Shown: positions 28,045 to 38,456, counted from the stretch's first letter. The stretch is 64,000 nucleotides of DNA from an uncultured archaeon (GCA_964410585.1 CAYPFW010000001.1:160001-224000), one strand, 5' to 3'. Notes: a model not told the origin generated them from the letters alone. Program-made: numbers and translations.

Positions 28045-28605
28045 CTATTTTGAAGATTGTTTTTTGGATTCGCTTATCTTTCTTTCAATATCGGGATTTC
28101 TTTTGGGCCTTTTATAAAATCTTTCCCTAAGCTTCCTTATTTTTTCTATAATCTCATCCTCAATCCCTTTATCAGTTCCTCTCAATATGGAAACAGCACG
28201 CTCTGTCTCATTGAGATATTGAAGTTTTCGATAATTGCTCCACCCATTCATACCTTGAATATTATCGAGCTTGTCATATAGTCGTATTAGTCTAGCTTCA
28301 TGAGAGCCTTCCCTCAATCTATACGCATTATCTATATCAGATTCATCCCTATCTTTGGTTAATTCAGCAACCACATCTGCAACTCTTGATCCAAATCTTC
28401 TTCTAACACTTTGTAAACTTTTCCCAGTATCCTCAACAACGTCATGTAGAACCGCAGCCGTCGCTATATATGGATTCACTTTACGAGTTCTCAGTTTCCA
28501 GGCAATTCTTGCAGGATGTAAAATGAATGCCTCTCCACCATCTCTGTATTGTCCTCTATGAGCTTTAGCTGCGTAAGCTATAGCATCTGGATACGAATTT
28601 TTCAT
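28045..28605 (-). CDS. HD-domain (p)ppGpp hydrolase-like protein (Mesh1/SAH type)
   Basis: AAKAHRGQYR..GE.FILHP, AAVLHDVVEDT, FG..VA..V..LT, DKLDN. Confidence 0.88.
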   Translation of the reverse strand: MKNSYPDAIAYAAKAHRGQYRDGGEAFILHPARIAWKLRTRKVNPYIATAAVLHDVVEDTGKSLQSVRRRFGSRVADVVAELTKDRDESDIDNAYRLREGSHEARLIRLYDKLDNIQGMNGWSNYRKLQYLNETERAVSILRGTDKGIEDEIIEKIRKLRERFYKRPKRNPDIERKISESKKQSSK

Positions 28606-28658
28606 CCAAATAAATACACAAAAGCACTTAAATATTTACAGGCAACCCACAAGTTCAG

Positions 28659-29351
28659 ATGAGAATTATGACAATCAAAATTTGGATAGAGAGTCCATAC
28701 AAAAATTATATAAGAAAAAAAATTGCTGATAAAGAAATTTCACTTTCTAGGAATAGTCCGGATTTTATAATCACTTATGGTGGAGATGGAACAATTCTTA
28801 GGTCGGAAAGCAAATACCCAGGAGTTCCCAAAATACCTATACGGAAAAGCCATGTGTGCAATTCATGTGTTGGTGGAATAGATGTTATTGGAAAAATAAA
28901 ACAAAAACTTTTAGAGAAAAAATACACAGTAAAAAAATTTGAAAAGGTTGAGGTATTTTTAGGAAAGAAAAAACTTGTTGGATTAAACGAAGTGCAAATA
29001 CATAGCGGAGACCCAAGAAAAGCACTTCGCTTTTCTTTGGAAGTTGGAAAACAAAAATTCAAAGAAATAATAGGAGATGGCCTAGTTTTCTCAACTGCAT
29101 ATGGATCTACAGCCTACTACTCTGCTTTGGGATACAAGCCTTTCAAATCTGGTGTAAAAATAGGATTTAATAATCCACACAATATTCCAAGGCAATCAAT
29201 TCAATTAAAAGGAATAACCAAAATTAAAATCCTCAGAGGATCAGGAATCCTCCTCGCCGATAACCAAAACAATATTCTAAAAGTCAAGGAAGGTCAAGCA
29301 TTTATAGTTAGAAAATCAAAAGGAGAAGCCCATTTTGTTGTTTTTAAATAA
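28659..29351 (+). CDS. nadK: NAD kinase
   Basis: GGDGTIL, LNEV, GDGLVFSTAYGSTAY. Confidence 0.9.
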   Translation: MRIMTIKIWIESPYKNYIRKKIADKEISLSRNSPDFIITYGGDGTILRSESKYPGVPKIPIRKSHVCNSCVGGIDVIGKIKQKLLEKKYTVKKFEKVEVFLGKKKLVGLNEVQIHSGDPRKALRFSLEVGKQKFKEIIGDGLVFSTAYGSTAYYSALGYKPFKSGVKIGFNNPHNIPRQSIQLKGITKIKILRGSGILLADNQNNILKVKEGQAFIVRKSKGEAHFVVFK

Positions 29352-29383
29352 TCAATTAAATAGGAGCATACACAATATATAAT

Positions 29384-30172
29384 ATGCCAAAATTATCCTT
29401 AGATGCTGAAATTGAAAATCTTCTAAAAGAAAAGGTAAATGGACAAAAAAAACTTGAACAAATTTTGGATCTTCTTTTACAAAACAGACATATACGGGGC
29501 CTTCAAGATGAGGCAAATAAAGTTGCTATAGTTAGGATGGGATATAATGATCATGGACCTGTTCATGGAAGAATTGCAGCATACAATGCTTTGAGGATAT
29601 ATGATTTACTTGAAATGAAAGGATCTGTACTAGAAGAAAAAATAGGAGACGAAGAAGATTCTAAGGTCTGTATTTTAATGGGTGCTTTTTTGCATGATAC
29701 AGGTATATCTTTAGCAAGGGATCAACACGAATTATACGGCACAATAGTTACAAGGCAAGCCGTTGAACAAATTCTTAGTACAGTTTACCACGATTCGTAT
29801 AAGGTTGCAAGAATGGCTTCGCTTGTATCTGAATCTATACTCTGTCACATGGGAACACATCAAGCAACATCTCTAGAGGCTAAAATTGTTGAAATAGCAG
29901 ATGGAACAGATGTTACTAAAGGAAGGGCGCGCATACCCTTTCATATAGGTCAAGGAGATATACACAAATTTTCTGCATTAGCCATTGAAAATGTCAAAAT
30001 TGAAAAAGGTACAAAAAAACCACTTAGATTTGAAATTGAAATGGATAATCCAGCCGGTATTTTCCAAGCAGAAGAAATAATGGCCAAAAAAACAAAAGAC
30101 GCAATGATGGACAAATATGTTGAAATTGTTGCATACATAAAAGGCCAGAGAAAGCCTATTGTGATTTTGTAA
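29384..30172 (+). CDS. HD-superfamily phosphohydrolase
   Basis: RMGYNDHGPVH, LHDTG, H, ADGTD..KGRARIP. Confidence 0.88.
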   Translation: MPKLSLDAEIENLLKEKVNGQKKLEQILDLLLQNRHIRGLQDEANKVAIVRMGYNDHGPVHGRIAAYNALRIYDLLEMKGSVLEEKIGDEEDSKVCILMGAFLHDTGISLARDQHELYGTIVTRQAVEQILSTVYHDSYKVARMASLVSESILCHMGTHQATSLEAKIVEIADGTDVTKGRARIPFHIGQGDIHKFSALAIENVKIEKGTKKPLRFEIEMDNPAGIFQAEEIMAKKTKDAMMDKYVEIVAYIKGQRKPIVIL

Positions 30173-30181
30173 ATCAGTTGT

Positions 30182-30592
30182 ATGTTATACTATTTAGACA
30201 CTTCTATTTGGCTCGATTTTTTTGAAAACAGAAATGAACCGGAATTTCCAAAAGGTGAGTGGGCTCATGCACTCTTAAAGAAAATAATTGAAGATGAAAA
30301 CACAATAATCGTTTCAAATCAAGTTTTGCTAGAACTTGGTGCTATAGGATACAATTCATGGGAAATAGAATTTATGTTCAAATCACTGAAACCGTTTCTT
30401 ATTTTTGTTGAGGCAACCAAAAACCAAATAGGAAAAGCAAATGACCTTTCCAAGAAAAGAAATATTCCAAAAGGTGATGCTTTGCATGCACTTATTTCAA
30501 AAGATAATCGAGCCATTTTAGTTACATTTGATAAACATTTCCAAGAAATAAAGGATATTATTCAGCCAAAAAGGCCTCAGGATCTTATATAG
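30182..30592 (+). CDS. PIN-domain (VapC-like) nuclease
   Basis: YLDTSIW, EL, DALHA, LVTFDKHF. Confidence 0.9.
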   Translation: MLYYLDTSIWLDFFENRNEPEFPKGEWAHALLKKIIEDENTIIVSNQVLLELGAIGYNSWEIEFMFKSLKPFLIFVEATKNQIGKANDLSKKRNIPKGDALHALISKDNRAILVTFDKHFQEIKDIIQPKRPQDLI

Positions 30593-30836
30593 ACTTATCT
30601 AGCAAATCAAATATTTTTTCTCTTGCTTTATGTAAATCGTCTTCGGATGTTTTTTTCTTTGAAGAGCCTTTAAGATTTGAAAGCTGTTTAAGTATTTCTG
30701 TTTTTTCTAGGTCAGAGAGTTTTTCCCTTATTGCATCTCTAATAAACTCTGTTCTAGTTGAGTATCTATTATACGCCAATTTTTGGTCTATTTCTTTTAG
30801 AAGCTCATCTTCGAGTTTTAAGCTTATCATTTCCAT
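30585..30836 (-). CDS. Ribbon-helix-helix (CopG/NikR-like) protein, probable antitoxin
   Basis: ISLKLEDELLKEID...YSTRTEFIRDAIREKL. Confidence 0.88.
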   Translation of the reverse strand: MEMISLKLEDELLKEIDQKLAYNRYSTRTEFIRDAIREKLSDLEKTEILKQLSNLKGSSKKKTSEDDLHKAREKIFDLLDKSI

Positions 30837-30914
30837 AATATACTATGTATATACAAAGTATATAAAGATTTTCTACTGTCTTAAGCATTTGAATGGCTAA
30901 ATGTATAATAGTCT

Positions 30915-31844
30915 ATGAAACACTCCTTAAAAATCACTTCAATACTTATTTGCTTGTTTTTGTTAGCTCAGATTACTGGTTTATTTATTGTTTATCAAGA
31001 TGTAAAGGTTGAGAAAATTGTTTCGCCAGAAACAGGAAAAATTGAAATAAAAATTTCACATCCAGAAACTGTTTTTGGAGAAAGACCAGATGTAAGAAAT
31101 TCAGATGCAGTCCTTTTAATTTTAGCGTCTGTTGGAATAGGAACAGGACTAATTTTGGTTATAGTTAAATTTGGATTAAAAATTATTTGGAAAGGTTTGT
31201 TTTTCCTTGCAATTTTCTTTTCAATTGGAATTGCACTTGGCACACTTATGTCTGCTGTGTTTGCTGGTTTTATTGCACTTGTTTTGGCTATTTTGAAAAC
31301 ATTCAAACCAAATGTTTTTGTCCATAATCTCACAGAGGTTTTTATTTATTCTGGGATAGCTGTGCTTTTTGTACCTCTTTTAGAGCCTCTATGGGTTTTG
31401 GTCCTGCTTTTGGCGATTTCTGTATACGACATGTTTGCTGTTTGGAAATCAAGGCATATGGTGAAGCTTGCTGAATTTCAAATGGGTGTCCAAGCATTTT
31501 CTGGTCTATTCATACAGTCTTCTAAATCTAAATTAAAGAAAATTTCGGGAAAATTAACTAAAAGGGGACCAATCAGCAAAAATGTAAGTAACCAATCAGC
31601 GGCTGTCCTTGGTGGAGGAGATATAGCTTTTCCTCTTCTTTTTGCAGGCTCTGTGATGGAGTTTTTAATTTTTTCAGGAATGGGAAATTTTGATGCCTTG
31701 TTGAGAGGAATTTTGATTTCTGCATTCGCGGCTTTGGCCCTTCTCGGACTTTTTGTTTGGGCAAAAAAAGGAAGATATTATCCTGCAATGCCTTTCATAA
31801 CAGCTGGATGTGTTTTGGGATATATAATCACAATGTTTATTTAG
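30915..31844 (+). CDS. Presenilin-like GxGD intramembrane aspartyl protease
   Basis: Multi-TM; YD, LGGGD and PAMP motifs. Confidence 0.9.
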   Translation: MKHSLKITSILICLFLLAQITGLFIVYQDVKVEKIVSPETGKIEIKISHPETVFGERPDVRNSDAVLLILASVGIGTGLILVIVKFGLKIIWKGLFFLAIFFSIGIALGTLMSAVFAGFIALVLAILKTFKPNVFVHNLTEVFIYSGIAVLFVPLLEPLWVLVLLLAISVYDMFAVWKSRHMVKLAEFQMGVQAFSGLFIQSSKSKLKKISGKLTKRGPISKNVSNQSAAVLGGGDIAFPLLFAGSVMEFLIFSGMGNFDALLRGILISAFAALALLGLFVWAKKGRYYPAMPFITAGCVLGYIITMFI

Positions 31845-31845
31845 G

Positions 31846-32040
31846 CTATTCTAGCCTTTCCACATCTTCCTTGTTTATATTGAAAAATAACAGAACAAAA
31901 TCTACTCCATTATGATCTGTCCTAAGTTGGACGTCCCTTACTTCTATTACTTTTGAGTTTTTTCTAATCCATTCATTGCAGTTTTTGAAATCCTTGTCTC
32001 CTTGAAATCTTCTAGCTTGGAGGAATTTTGAGATTTCCAT
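31846..32040 (-). CDS. Small hypothetical protein
   Basis: Short ORF convergent with the protease gene. Confidence 0.6.
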   Translation of the reverse strand: MEISKFLQARRFQGDKDFKNCNEWIRKNSKVIEVRDVQLRTDHNGVDFVLLFFNINKEDVERLE

Positions 32041-32042
32041 AT

Positions 32043-32192
32043 TCAATTTTCATCTGTCTCCCATGGATGGTTTCTTTTTCCTGTTTCAACTGCCCATGGA
32101 TGCGGCTTTTTTGTCTCTGACAAAAATTGACCAAGTTCAAATGGACCTATAGCATGTTTCTTCTCTTTCCAATCCAAATCTATCCATCCCAT
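32043..32192 (-). CDS. Putative 49-aa peptide with two HPW motifs
   Basis: Manual translation MGWIDLDWKEKKHAIGPFELGQFLSETKKPHPWAVETGKRNHPWETDEN*; stop is 2 nt from the next ATG. Confidence 0.5.
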   Translation of the reverse strand: MGWIDLDWKEKKHAIGPFELGQFLSETKKPHPWAVETGKRNHPWETDEN

Positions 32193-32296
32193 ATTTTCCT
32201 CTACTATATGGTAGTTATCTAGTTATTTAAGGTTTTTTGACCTTTTATCTGAAAAAGTAGGCAATATTTATATATTTGTCTGAATAAATAAGATAC

Positions 32297-32785
32297 ATGA
32301 CAGTAAGAAAGTATGATAGAGGTTTAGAGGTAAGTATAGACCAAAAAGACAGGCAAATAATGAATCTTCTTCAAGAAGATGGAAGAATGACTTTGAAAGA
32401 AATAGGGAAAAAAGTAGGCCTCTCTATCGATTCTGTGAATAAGAGAGTAAAAAAGCTCCTCGAAACAAACAAGATGCATATAGGTGCATTTATCAATCCA
32501 AAGGCTCTAGGATACGAGCTTGTTGCAGGGGTTTCTGTAAAAATAAGCAATGCAAGCGAGGAACAGCGCAACAATTTTATAGACTATCTGGTAAAAAGTC
32601 CACATACAATAGAAGTCATAACCACTTTAGGCGAATTTGACATTATCTGTGTTTTCATAGCAAAAAACACAGAAGATTTAGACACAATTTACAGACACAT
32701 CAGAAGCCAATTCAAGGACATAATCGCAGATTGGGAAAGTTCGATTAATCTGAAAGTGCATAAATTTGAAGAATACTGTCTTTAG
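32297..32785 (+). CDS. Lrp/AsnC family transcriptional regulator
   Basis: DQKDRQIMNLLQEDGR...IGKKVGLS...RVKKL, GEFDII. Confidence 0.93.
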   Translation: MTVRKYDRGLEVSIDQKDRQIMNLLQEDGRMTLKEIGKKVGLSIDSVNKRVKKLLETNKMHIGAFINPKALGYELVAGVSVKISNASEEQRNNFIDYLVKSPHTIEVITTLGEFDIICVFIAKNTEDLDTIYRHIRSQFKDIIADWESSINLKVHKFEEYCL

Positions 32786-32788
32786 TTC

Positions 32789-34798
32789 CTATTCAATCCA
32801 CCCATAGTATCTTTCTTCAAATGGAAGCTCAATCCTGTTTATTTGTGTATCTGGATTCTCCAAATCATTCATTTGCAAGAATTTGTCAGACATCGTGTAC
32901 AAAACATTATCGATGTACATTGATCTCTTGACATCTGTTCCATAGTTGCCCCAGTAGTAGCCATCTTTTTCCAAAACAGACGGGTCTTCAACATGTGTTA
33001 TTTTTCCCCGAAGCTCAAAGCCTTTTTCAGGTGTCAAAGTGAACACATATGCACCTTGGAAAACATGATCTCCATAAGTGTTTGCCGGGACACCGTTTGG
33101 ATATTTTTCAGAGTCTATTTGTGAAACAGAAACTGGTATAACCAAAAGGTTCTTTTCTTTATCAAATAAGAAAGCTCTGTGATCATAAAGCGCAGGCGAT
33201 TCTGTACCTCTGCTTCCTATGTTGAATTTTGAAATTTCTTTTGGTTTTGTTGGGTCAGAGACGTCAAAAAGGGCAAGTTTAACCCCTTGATACCAAGCAA
33301 AATCACCTTCTTCTGCTTCAGTAGCTTCTTTTCCTACACCAATTATCAAATTTTCAGAGTAAGGATGCAAATAATCTGAGTATCCTGGTATTTTCAACTG
33401 ACCTAAAACTTTTGGGTTTGTTGGATCAGAAAGATCAAAAACAAACAAAGGATCGACTTTTTTGAAAGTTACTAAATAGCCCCTATCGCCCATGAATCTT
33501 ACTGAATATATACTTTCACCAGGAGCTAAATTTTCAAGCTTTCCTACAACATCCAATTTATCGTTTAAAATATACACATTATTTTGCGTATCACTTCCAC
33601 CCCTTGAAAGTTGTCCGCTTGTTGTTGCTATTCTGAAAAACCCTTTATTCTCATCCATTGAAAATTGATTCAAAATGTGACCAGGAACATTACCCTGATA
33701 TTGATATTTTATGTCACCTTTATCGATTGATATTCTATGTATGATTGTTTTTTCGTCTCTAAGTACTATAGGCGATCTGATCACAGAATCTATTGTACTG
33801 ACAACTGGATCCTGATCGCTTACAGAATATTCATAAGATGTTTGAGTTATGTAAATATTTCCTTGTGAAACATACAAATTGTCTGAGCCACCTGTTAAAA
33901 ATATTTTGCTTTTAATATCCCTTGTTTGATCTTGTGTATTGATTGAAAGAATAGTTGTGAATCTGTAGTAAGATGATGGGATATCAAAATAGGATATATC
34001 ACTGACAGTGCAGCAAACCTCTTTTTCATTATCACTTATCAAAGGAATGACAGGATCCCTATCTCCATAATAGTATGTATCCTTGTTTATCAAAACATAT
34101 ACATAGTCACCTATCATTCTTGAATTGAAGTAAGATCCTTCTGCATGTATATTTCTCTCTAAAACAGGATTAGATCTATCAGATAAATCATAGATTTTTA
34201 CAAAAGCAATTTGTTCATATCTTGGATAATAATCTGGAACTATCATCATTTTTGAAACAGTATCTGAAGGTTCTTGCTGAGCCTCTATTGGCTTATTTTC
34301 CCAGCCAAAAACAACAAGTTTATCCTTGTTGATGAAAATTTCATTTACTCCGCCGCTAATGTTTATTTGAGATAAGATTTTTGCTTTTTCTGCTGGAAAT
34401 GCATCTATTATTGAAATAATTGAATCAGAAACAACATAAATATACCTACCATCTGATTTAACTATATCAGCTTCGTCAACACCCTCTACCTGAATATTTG
34501 TTGTTGAATAAGACTGACCACCAGAAGATGCAGCATCCTCGACCATCATTGGAGCCATTATTCCAATATCTTTAGTTAAAAAATAGTCATATCTACCATA
34601 GCTCTGAGATGATTTTTCCAAAAATGCTTTTAGTTCACTTAAAGATGTAAAGGTTTTCAAATGTTGAGGCTCAACACCACCAGGAATTGGCATCTTTTTG
34701 TATGTATAATAAGCGAATACACTTCCTAAAATTATACCCACTAAAACTAAGGCAATTACAACTTCTTTGATGCCTGATTTTGAATATCTTGATTTCAT
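32789..34798 (-). CDS. Membrane-anchored beta-propeller protein (Beta_propel family)
   Basis: YSTTNIQVEGVDEADIVKSDG, NQFSMDE, GESIYSVRF, VTFKKVDPLF, LKIPGYSDYLHP. Confidence 0.9.
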   Translation of the reverse strand: MKSRYSKSGIKEVVIALVLVGIILGSVFAYYTYKKMPIPGGVEPQHLKTFTSLSELKAFLEKSSQSYGRYDYFLTKDIGIMAPMMVEDAASSGGQSYSTTNIQVEGVDEADIVKSDGRYIYVVSDSIISIIDAFPAEKAKILSQINISGGVNEIFINKDKLVVFGWENKPIEAQQEPSDTVSKMMIVPDYYPRYEQIAFVKIYDLSDRSNPVLERNIHAEGSYFNSRMIGDYVYVLINKDTYYYGDRDPVIPLISDNEKEVCCTVSDISYFDIPSSYYRFTTILSINTQDQTRDIKSKIFLTGGSDNLYVSQGNIYITQTSYEYSVSDQDPVVSTIDSVIRSPIVLRDEKTIIHRISIDKGDIKYQYQGNVPGHILNQFSMDENKGFFRIATTSGQLSRGGSDTQNNVYILNDKLDVVGKLENLAPGESIYSVRFMGDRGYLVTFKKVDPLFVFDLSDPTNPKVLGQLKIPGYSDYLHPYSENLIIGVGKEATEAEEGDFAWYQGVKLALFDVSDPTKPKEISKFNIGSRGTESPALYDHRAFLFDKEKNLLVIPVSVSQIDSEKYPNGVPANTYGDHVFQGAYVFTLTPEKGFELRGKITHVEDPSVLEKDGYYWGNYGTDVKRSMYIDNVLYTMSDKFLQMNDLENPDTQINRIELPFEERYYGWIE

Positions 34799-34861
34799 AC
34801 AAGTATTTGTTGCGATCTAGATATAAACCATATACTGTTTTTCGACGGTTTCAACCGAATA

Positions 34862-36874
34862 TCACTCGAGTACTTGTGTTGCACCATGACTTTTTTTATC
34901 TCTTTCTAGCCTATAAATGGAACCATTTGTGTCGTTTATGAAGTCTGCTATTGAATCCTCATGTGTTATCAAAAATACCTGTTTAACAAATTCAGATATT
35001 TTATCTTTTAGAACATAGGAAAAATTGCTTATTGCGCTTGCATCTAAATTGTGAGTTGGCTCATCCAAAATAAGCCATTTCAAGTTAGGTGTGAAAGCCA
35101 AAGAAAATGCAATTCGTAGAGCAAGGCAGCATAGTGTTCTTTCACCACCTGAAAGCATTTCAACCGGGACCCAATTATTTCCAACTCTTGTTTCTAAAAT
35201 ATAGTCATCGTCTATTTTGAGCCTCACAGATTCCAAGTCGTCATATGGATAGAGATCGTTCCAAATCTTTTCCATTATTAAATTCACATTTTTCAAAAAT
35301 TCGGTTCTCAAGATTTCTTGTGTCAATTCAATTGATTTGACAAATTTGGAAATCTCATCAACATACTTATCGGTCTTACCAACATCTACTCTATATTTTT
35401 CCAACAAACCGAACCTCTCTTTAAGGCTAGTATATATTGTTTTGTTTTTCACTTCAATCTGTTCCAATCCAGAAATTTTCGCAATTAAAGTAGCCTCTTT
35501 TGATTGTAGAATGGCAAGCATTTCTCTTGTATTTCTTATCTCATTTTCATTTATCAATGGCTTCAATGTTTTTATCCTATTTTCAATATCCGCTTTTGCT
35601 AAATTGTTTTTTTCTACCTTTGATTTTAGATCGGCTAATACATCAAATTCAGACAACAAATTTTTTAATTCGTAAGTTCGCTTCTCAAAAGCTTTTATCG
35701 AGCTTTTTATATCATAGACCTCTTCCGTCAAATTTTCCAAATTCTTTACACAGGAATTTACTTCTGATCTCAAAACATCTTCTTTTTCTTGTCTTGATTT
35801 AATAAGCTGCTGTCGCTTGTTTTCATTTATTTCAGATTCACAAACATGACATTTATTTCCCAAATTTAAGATATCTCTAACTTCTTTTGTTATCAGCCTC
35901 AATTCGGTGTTAAGCGATGATATTTTTTCTCTCTTTTCATCATGTTCCCTTTCTTTTGATTTTAGAACCTCTTCAAATTCCTTTATTGATTTTTTTGTTT
36001 TATCCAGCTCATTATCAATTTCGTATAGATTTAATTCTGCCAGTTTTTGTGTTTTTTGACTAAGTATATATTCAATTTCCTTTAGGCTGTTTTCTATTCC
36101 TATTAGCAGCTTTTCGTTTTTAACAAGCTCTTTCCAATTATTTTCAATTTCATAAAGTTTTTTGGATGTATTATTCTTTTCCTCTTTTGCTTTTTCTAAT
36201 TCTTCAACATATTCCTTTTCCCTTTTTACTATTTCATTTAATTCTGTTTCTATTTTTTTTAGTTTTTCCTCAAGATTTTCTGTTTCCAAATCCTTTATTG
36301 TTTTCAGTTTTTCCTTTTTCCTTTCTATCATGTTGTTTTTGATTTTTGTTATCGATTCTCTAGCTCTTTCAAACCTATCAACTTTAAGCATTTCATCTAT
36401 GTATTGCATTCTTTTTCCTTTTGGTATTGTCAAAAAATAGTCGATATTGTTTTGTTCTGAATAAATTGCACGAGAGAAAAGAGAATAGTCTATTTTCAAA
36501 AGATTCTCAACATAATCTGTGACGTTTGTTGGACTAATGTCCAAAAGTTTTTCATTTTCTCTTATTTCTGCATATGTGGTCCCCTTGCCTCTTTCTATTA
36601 CCCTTTTGATTTTGTATTTGTTTCCATTGACAAGGAAATCCAACTCTATTTCAGACTTTTCCTGTCTATTTGGTTTGTTCATTATAAGATCGTCCAAACC
36701 TATTTTTCTAGAATTGTGCAGAGGGAATGTACCAAAGAGAGCAAAGCAGATAGAATCCATTACAGAAGATTTTCCAGACCCCATTATACCAACAAGTGCA
36801 TTTACTCCTGGAGTAAACTGAAAATCTGATTCTAAATGCGATTTCCAATTCTTGAGAGAAACTTTAGAAATCAT
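34862..36874 (-). CDS. rad50: Rad50/SbcC-family ATPase
   Basis: GIMGSGKSS, Q-loop, coiled coil with CHVC hook, LSGGE, LILDEPT, ITH. Confidence 0.9.
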   Translation of the reverse strand: MISKVSLKNWKSHLESDFQFTPGVNALVGIMGSGKSSVMDSICFALFGTFPLHNSRKIGLDDLIMNKPNRQEKSEIELDFLVNGNKYKIKRVIERGKGTTYAEIRENEKLLDISPTNVTDYVENLLKIDYSLFSRAIYSEQNNIDYFLTIPKGKRMQYIDEMLKVDRFERARESITKIKNNMIERKKEKLKTIKDLETENLEEKLKKIETELNEIVKREKEYVEELEKAKEEKNNTSKKLYEIENNWKELVKNEKLLIGIENSLKEIEYILSQKTQKLAELNLYEIDNELDKTKKSIKEFEEVLKSKEREHDEKREKISSLNTELRLITKEVRDILNLGNKCHVCESEINENKRQQLIKSRQEKEDVLRSEVNSCVKNLENLTEEVYDIKSSIKAFEKRTYELKNLLSEFDVLADLKSKVEKNNLAKADIENRIKTLKPLINENEIRNTREMLAILQSKEATLIAKISGLEQIEVKNKTIYTSLKERFGLLEKYRVDVGKTDKYVDEISKFVKSIELTQEILRTEFLKNVNLIMEKIWNDLYPYDDLESVRLKIDDDYILETRVGNNWVPVEMLSGGERTLCCLALRIAFSLAFTPNLKWLILDEPTHNLDASAISNFSYVLKDKISEFVKQVFLITHEDSIADFINDTNGSIYRLERDKKSHGATQVLE

Positions 36875-36927
36875 AGTAGTATAATATAGTACAAAGACTT
36901 TTCTTCTTTTCTATTTCGGATTTTGAC

Positions 36928-37767
36928 TCAAAATCTTATAATAGACAAAATAAATAGAATTCCACCTAATATGTATAAAATCTGAAGCTTTCTGTATGAT
37001 TTTTCCACATCATCTTTCATCCTTTTGTGCTCAACAAAAACCAATGCACCGAAGACAATTGATAACCATGCAAGAAGATTTAGAAAACCTATTCCAGCTA
37101 GATATAAAATCACCAAACCAGCCAAGCCAATCAGACCTTGGGAAATTCTTTTCATTTTTTTGAGGCCGAGCTTTGTTGAAGTTGTTGTGACAAAACCTTT
37201 TTTATCGTCTTCTATATCCCTTACCTGGAGAAGGATGTGACCACTTGCTGAAATAAAAAAAGGAACAAGACCCAAAACATGTTGAGCCAAGTTTATTTGG
37301 ATCCCGGAAACAAAAAGAGCCAAGTAAAATGGAATCCAACCATACCCTATACCATTCCAAATTGTCTCAAAAAATGGCCTTTCTTTTATTCTGATTGGTG
37401 GTGCCGAATACGTGAAAACCATGAAGTTTGCAAACAAAACAAGGAGCAAAGAATTTGAATTTAAGAAAAAACTAAGAAAAATAGAGGCTAAAACAACTAC
37501 TAAGCTGAATACGGCTGCTGTCTTTTTTGAAATTTTTCCAGCAGCGACAGGAAACCTATACAATTGCTTGCTTTTTCTGTCTGTTTCAACATCAAAATAA
37601 TGGTTAATTGTTATTGAAGATGTACAAAGCAAAATTGCAATAATTGCACCGATAAAGTGTTCAAAAATAATTCTTTGTGAAGCCAAAGCACCAATTAAAA
37701 AAATAGCTAACCCAAAAGCCCACAAATTTGGACGGACAAAGTGGTTCCAATCGTTTAGAGATGACAT
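36928..37767 (-). CDS. UbiA-family prenyltransferase
   Basis: INHYFDVETD, YSAPPIRIK, RDIEDD; multi-TM. Confidence 0.88.
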   Translation of the reverse strand: MSSLNDWNHFVRPNLWAFGLAIFLIGALASQRIIFEHFIGAIIAILLCTSSITINHYFDVETDRKSKQLYRFPVAAGKISKKTAAVFSLVVVLASIFLSFFLNSNSLLLVLFANFMVFTYSAPPIRIKERPFFETIWNGIGYGWIPFYLALFVSGIQINLAQHVLGLVPFFISASGHILLQVRDIEDDKKGFVTTTSTKLGLKKMKRISQGLIGLAGLVILYLAGIGFLNLLAWLSIVFGALVFVEHKRMKDDVEKSYRKLQILYILGGILFILSIIRF

Positions 37768-37768
37768 A

Positions 37769-38404
37769 TTATATTTTTTTTATAACTCCGGGATTTGGCT
37801 CGTAACAAATTCCTCCAGAAAGCAAATCATCTATAACAGCTTCTATGTCTTCTGGTTTTGCCTTGACATTTTTTAGGATTTTTGTGTATTCGATTCCAGT
37901 TTTGCTTTCCTCAATCATTTTCAAAATTTGGTCTCGTAGAGAATCTAGTTTTACTGCTGGTTGAGACGTAGAAACTTTTTCTTTTATTCCATGCTTTTTT
38001 GATTTTGCTAAAATTTCCAATTTTCTAAGAAGCTCTAAATTTGGGTCGTCGATTTTTTGGACAATTTCATTTGTCAGATAAACCTCACCGTTGTATTCCC
38101 TGACTTTTCCAACAATATCTATCATATCGCCAACATTCAGGTTTTGAAGATTTTTTGTATCTTTCCAAGCCTTTACTCTTATTGTGTCTGTACCGTCATC
38201 CAAAGTAGCAGAAGCAAATTCTTTGTCATCAGAAACAAATCTGTTCACAACAGTTGCTAAAATTCTTACACGTCCTATTTCCTCCCCATATTCTGATATT
38301 AGGACCTTTTGACCTTCCTTTTCTTCAATTTTTCCATTTACCAAATCTGAAATTTTGACTTTTTTTGCTACTTGTCTTTTGAATTGTTGTTTTTGCTCTA
38401 CCAT
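37769..38404 (-). CDS. RPA32-like OB-fold plus winged-helix ssDNA-binding protein
   Basis: RQVAKKV.I.DL, RVRILATVV, LDDGTDTIRVKAW, G.CYEP.PG; ATG 38404. Confidence 0.85.
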   Translation of the reverse strand: MVEQKQQFKRQVAKKVKISDLVNGKIEEKEGQKVLISEYGEEIGRVRILATVVNRFVSDDKEFASATLDDGTDTIRVKAWKDTKNLQNLNVGDMIDIVGKVREYNGEVYLTNEIVQKIDDPNLELLRKLEILAKSKKHGIKEKVSTSQPAVKLDSLRDQILKMIEESKTGIEYTKILKNVKAKPEDIEAVIDDLLSGGICYEPNPGVIKKI

Positions 38405-38456
38405 AGCTATCCTTTTCTTTTCAGAAAAGAAAGGTATACCGTACCCAAAAGAAAAC
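38405..38456 (-). repeat. Family-A element ending at an ATG
   Basis: Minus strand GTTTTCTTTTGGGTACGGTATACCTTTCTTTTCTGAAAAGAAAAGGATAGCT-ATG. Confidence 0.88.
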
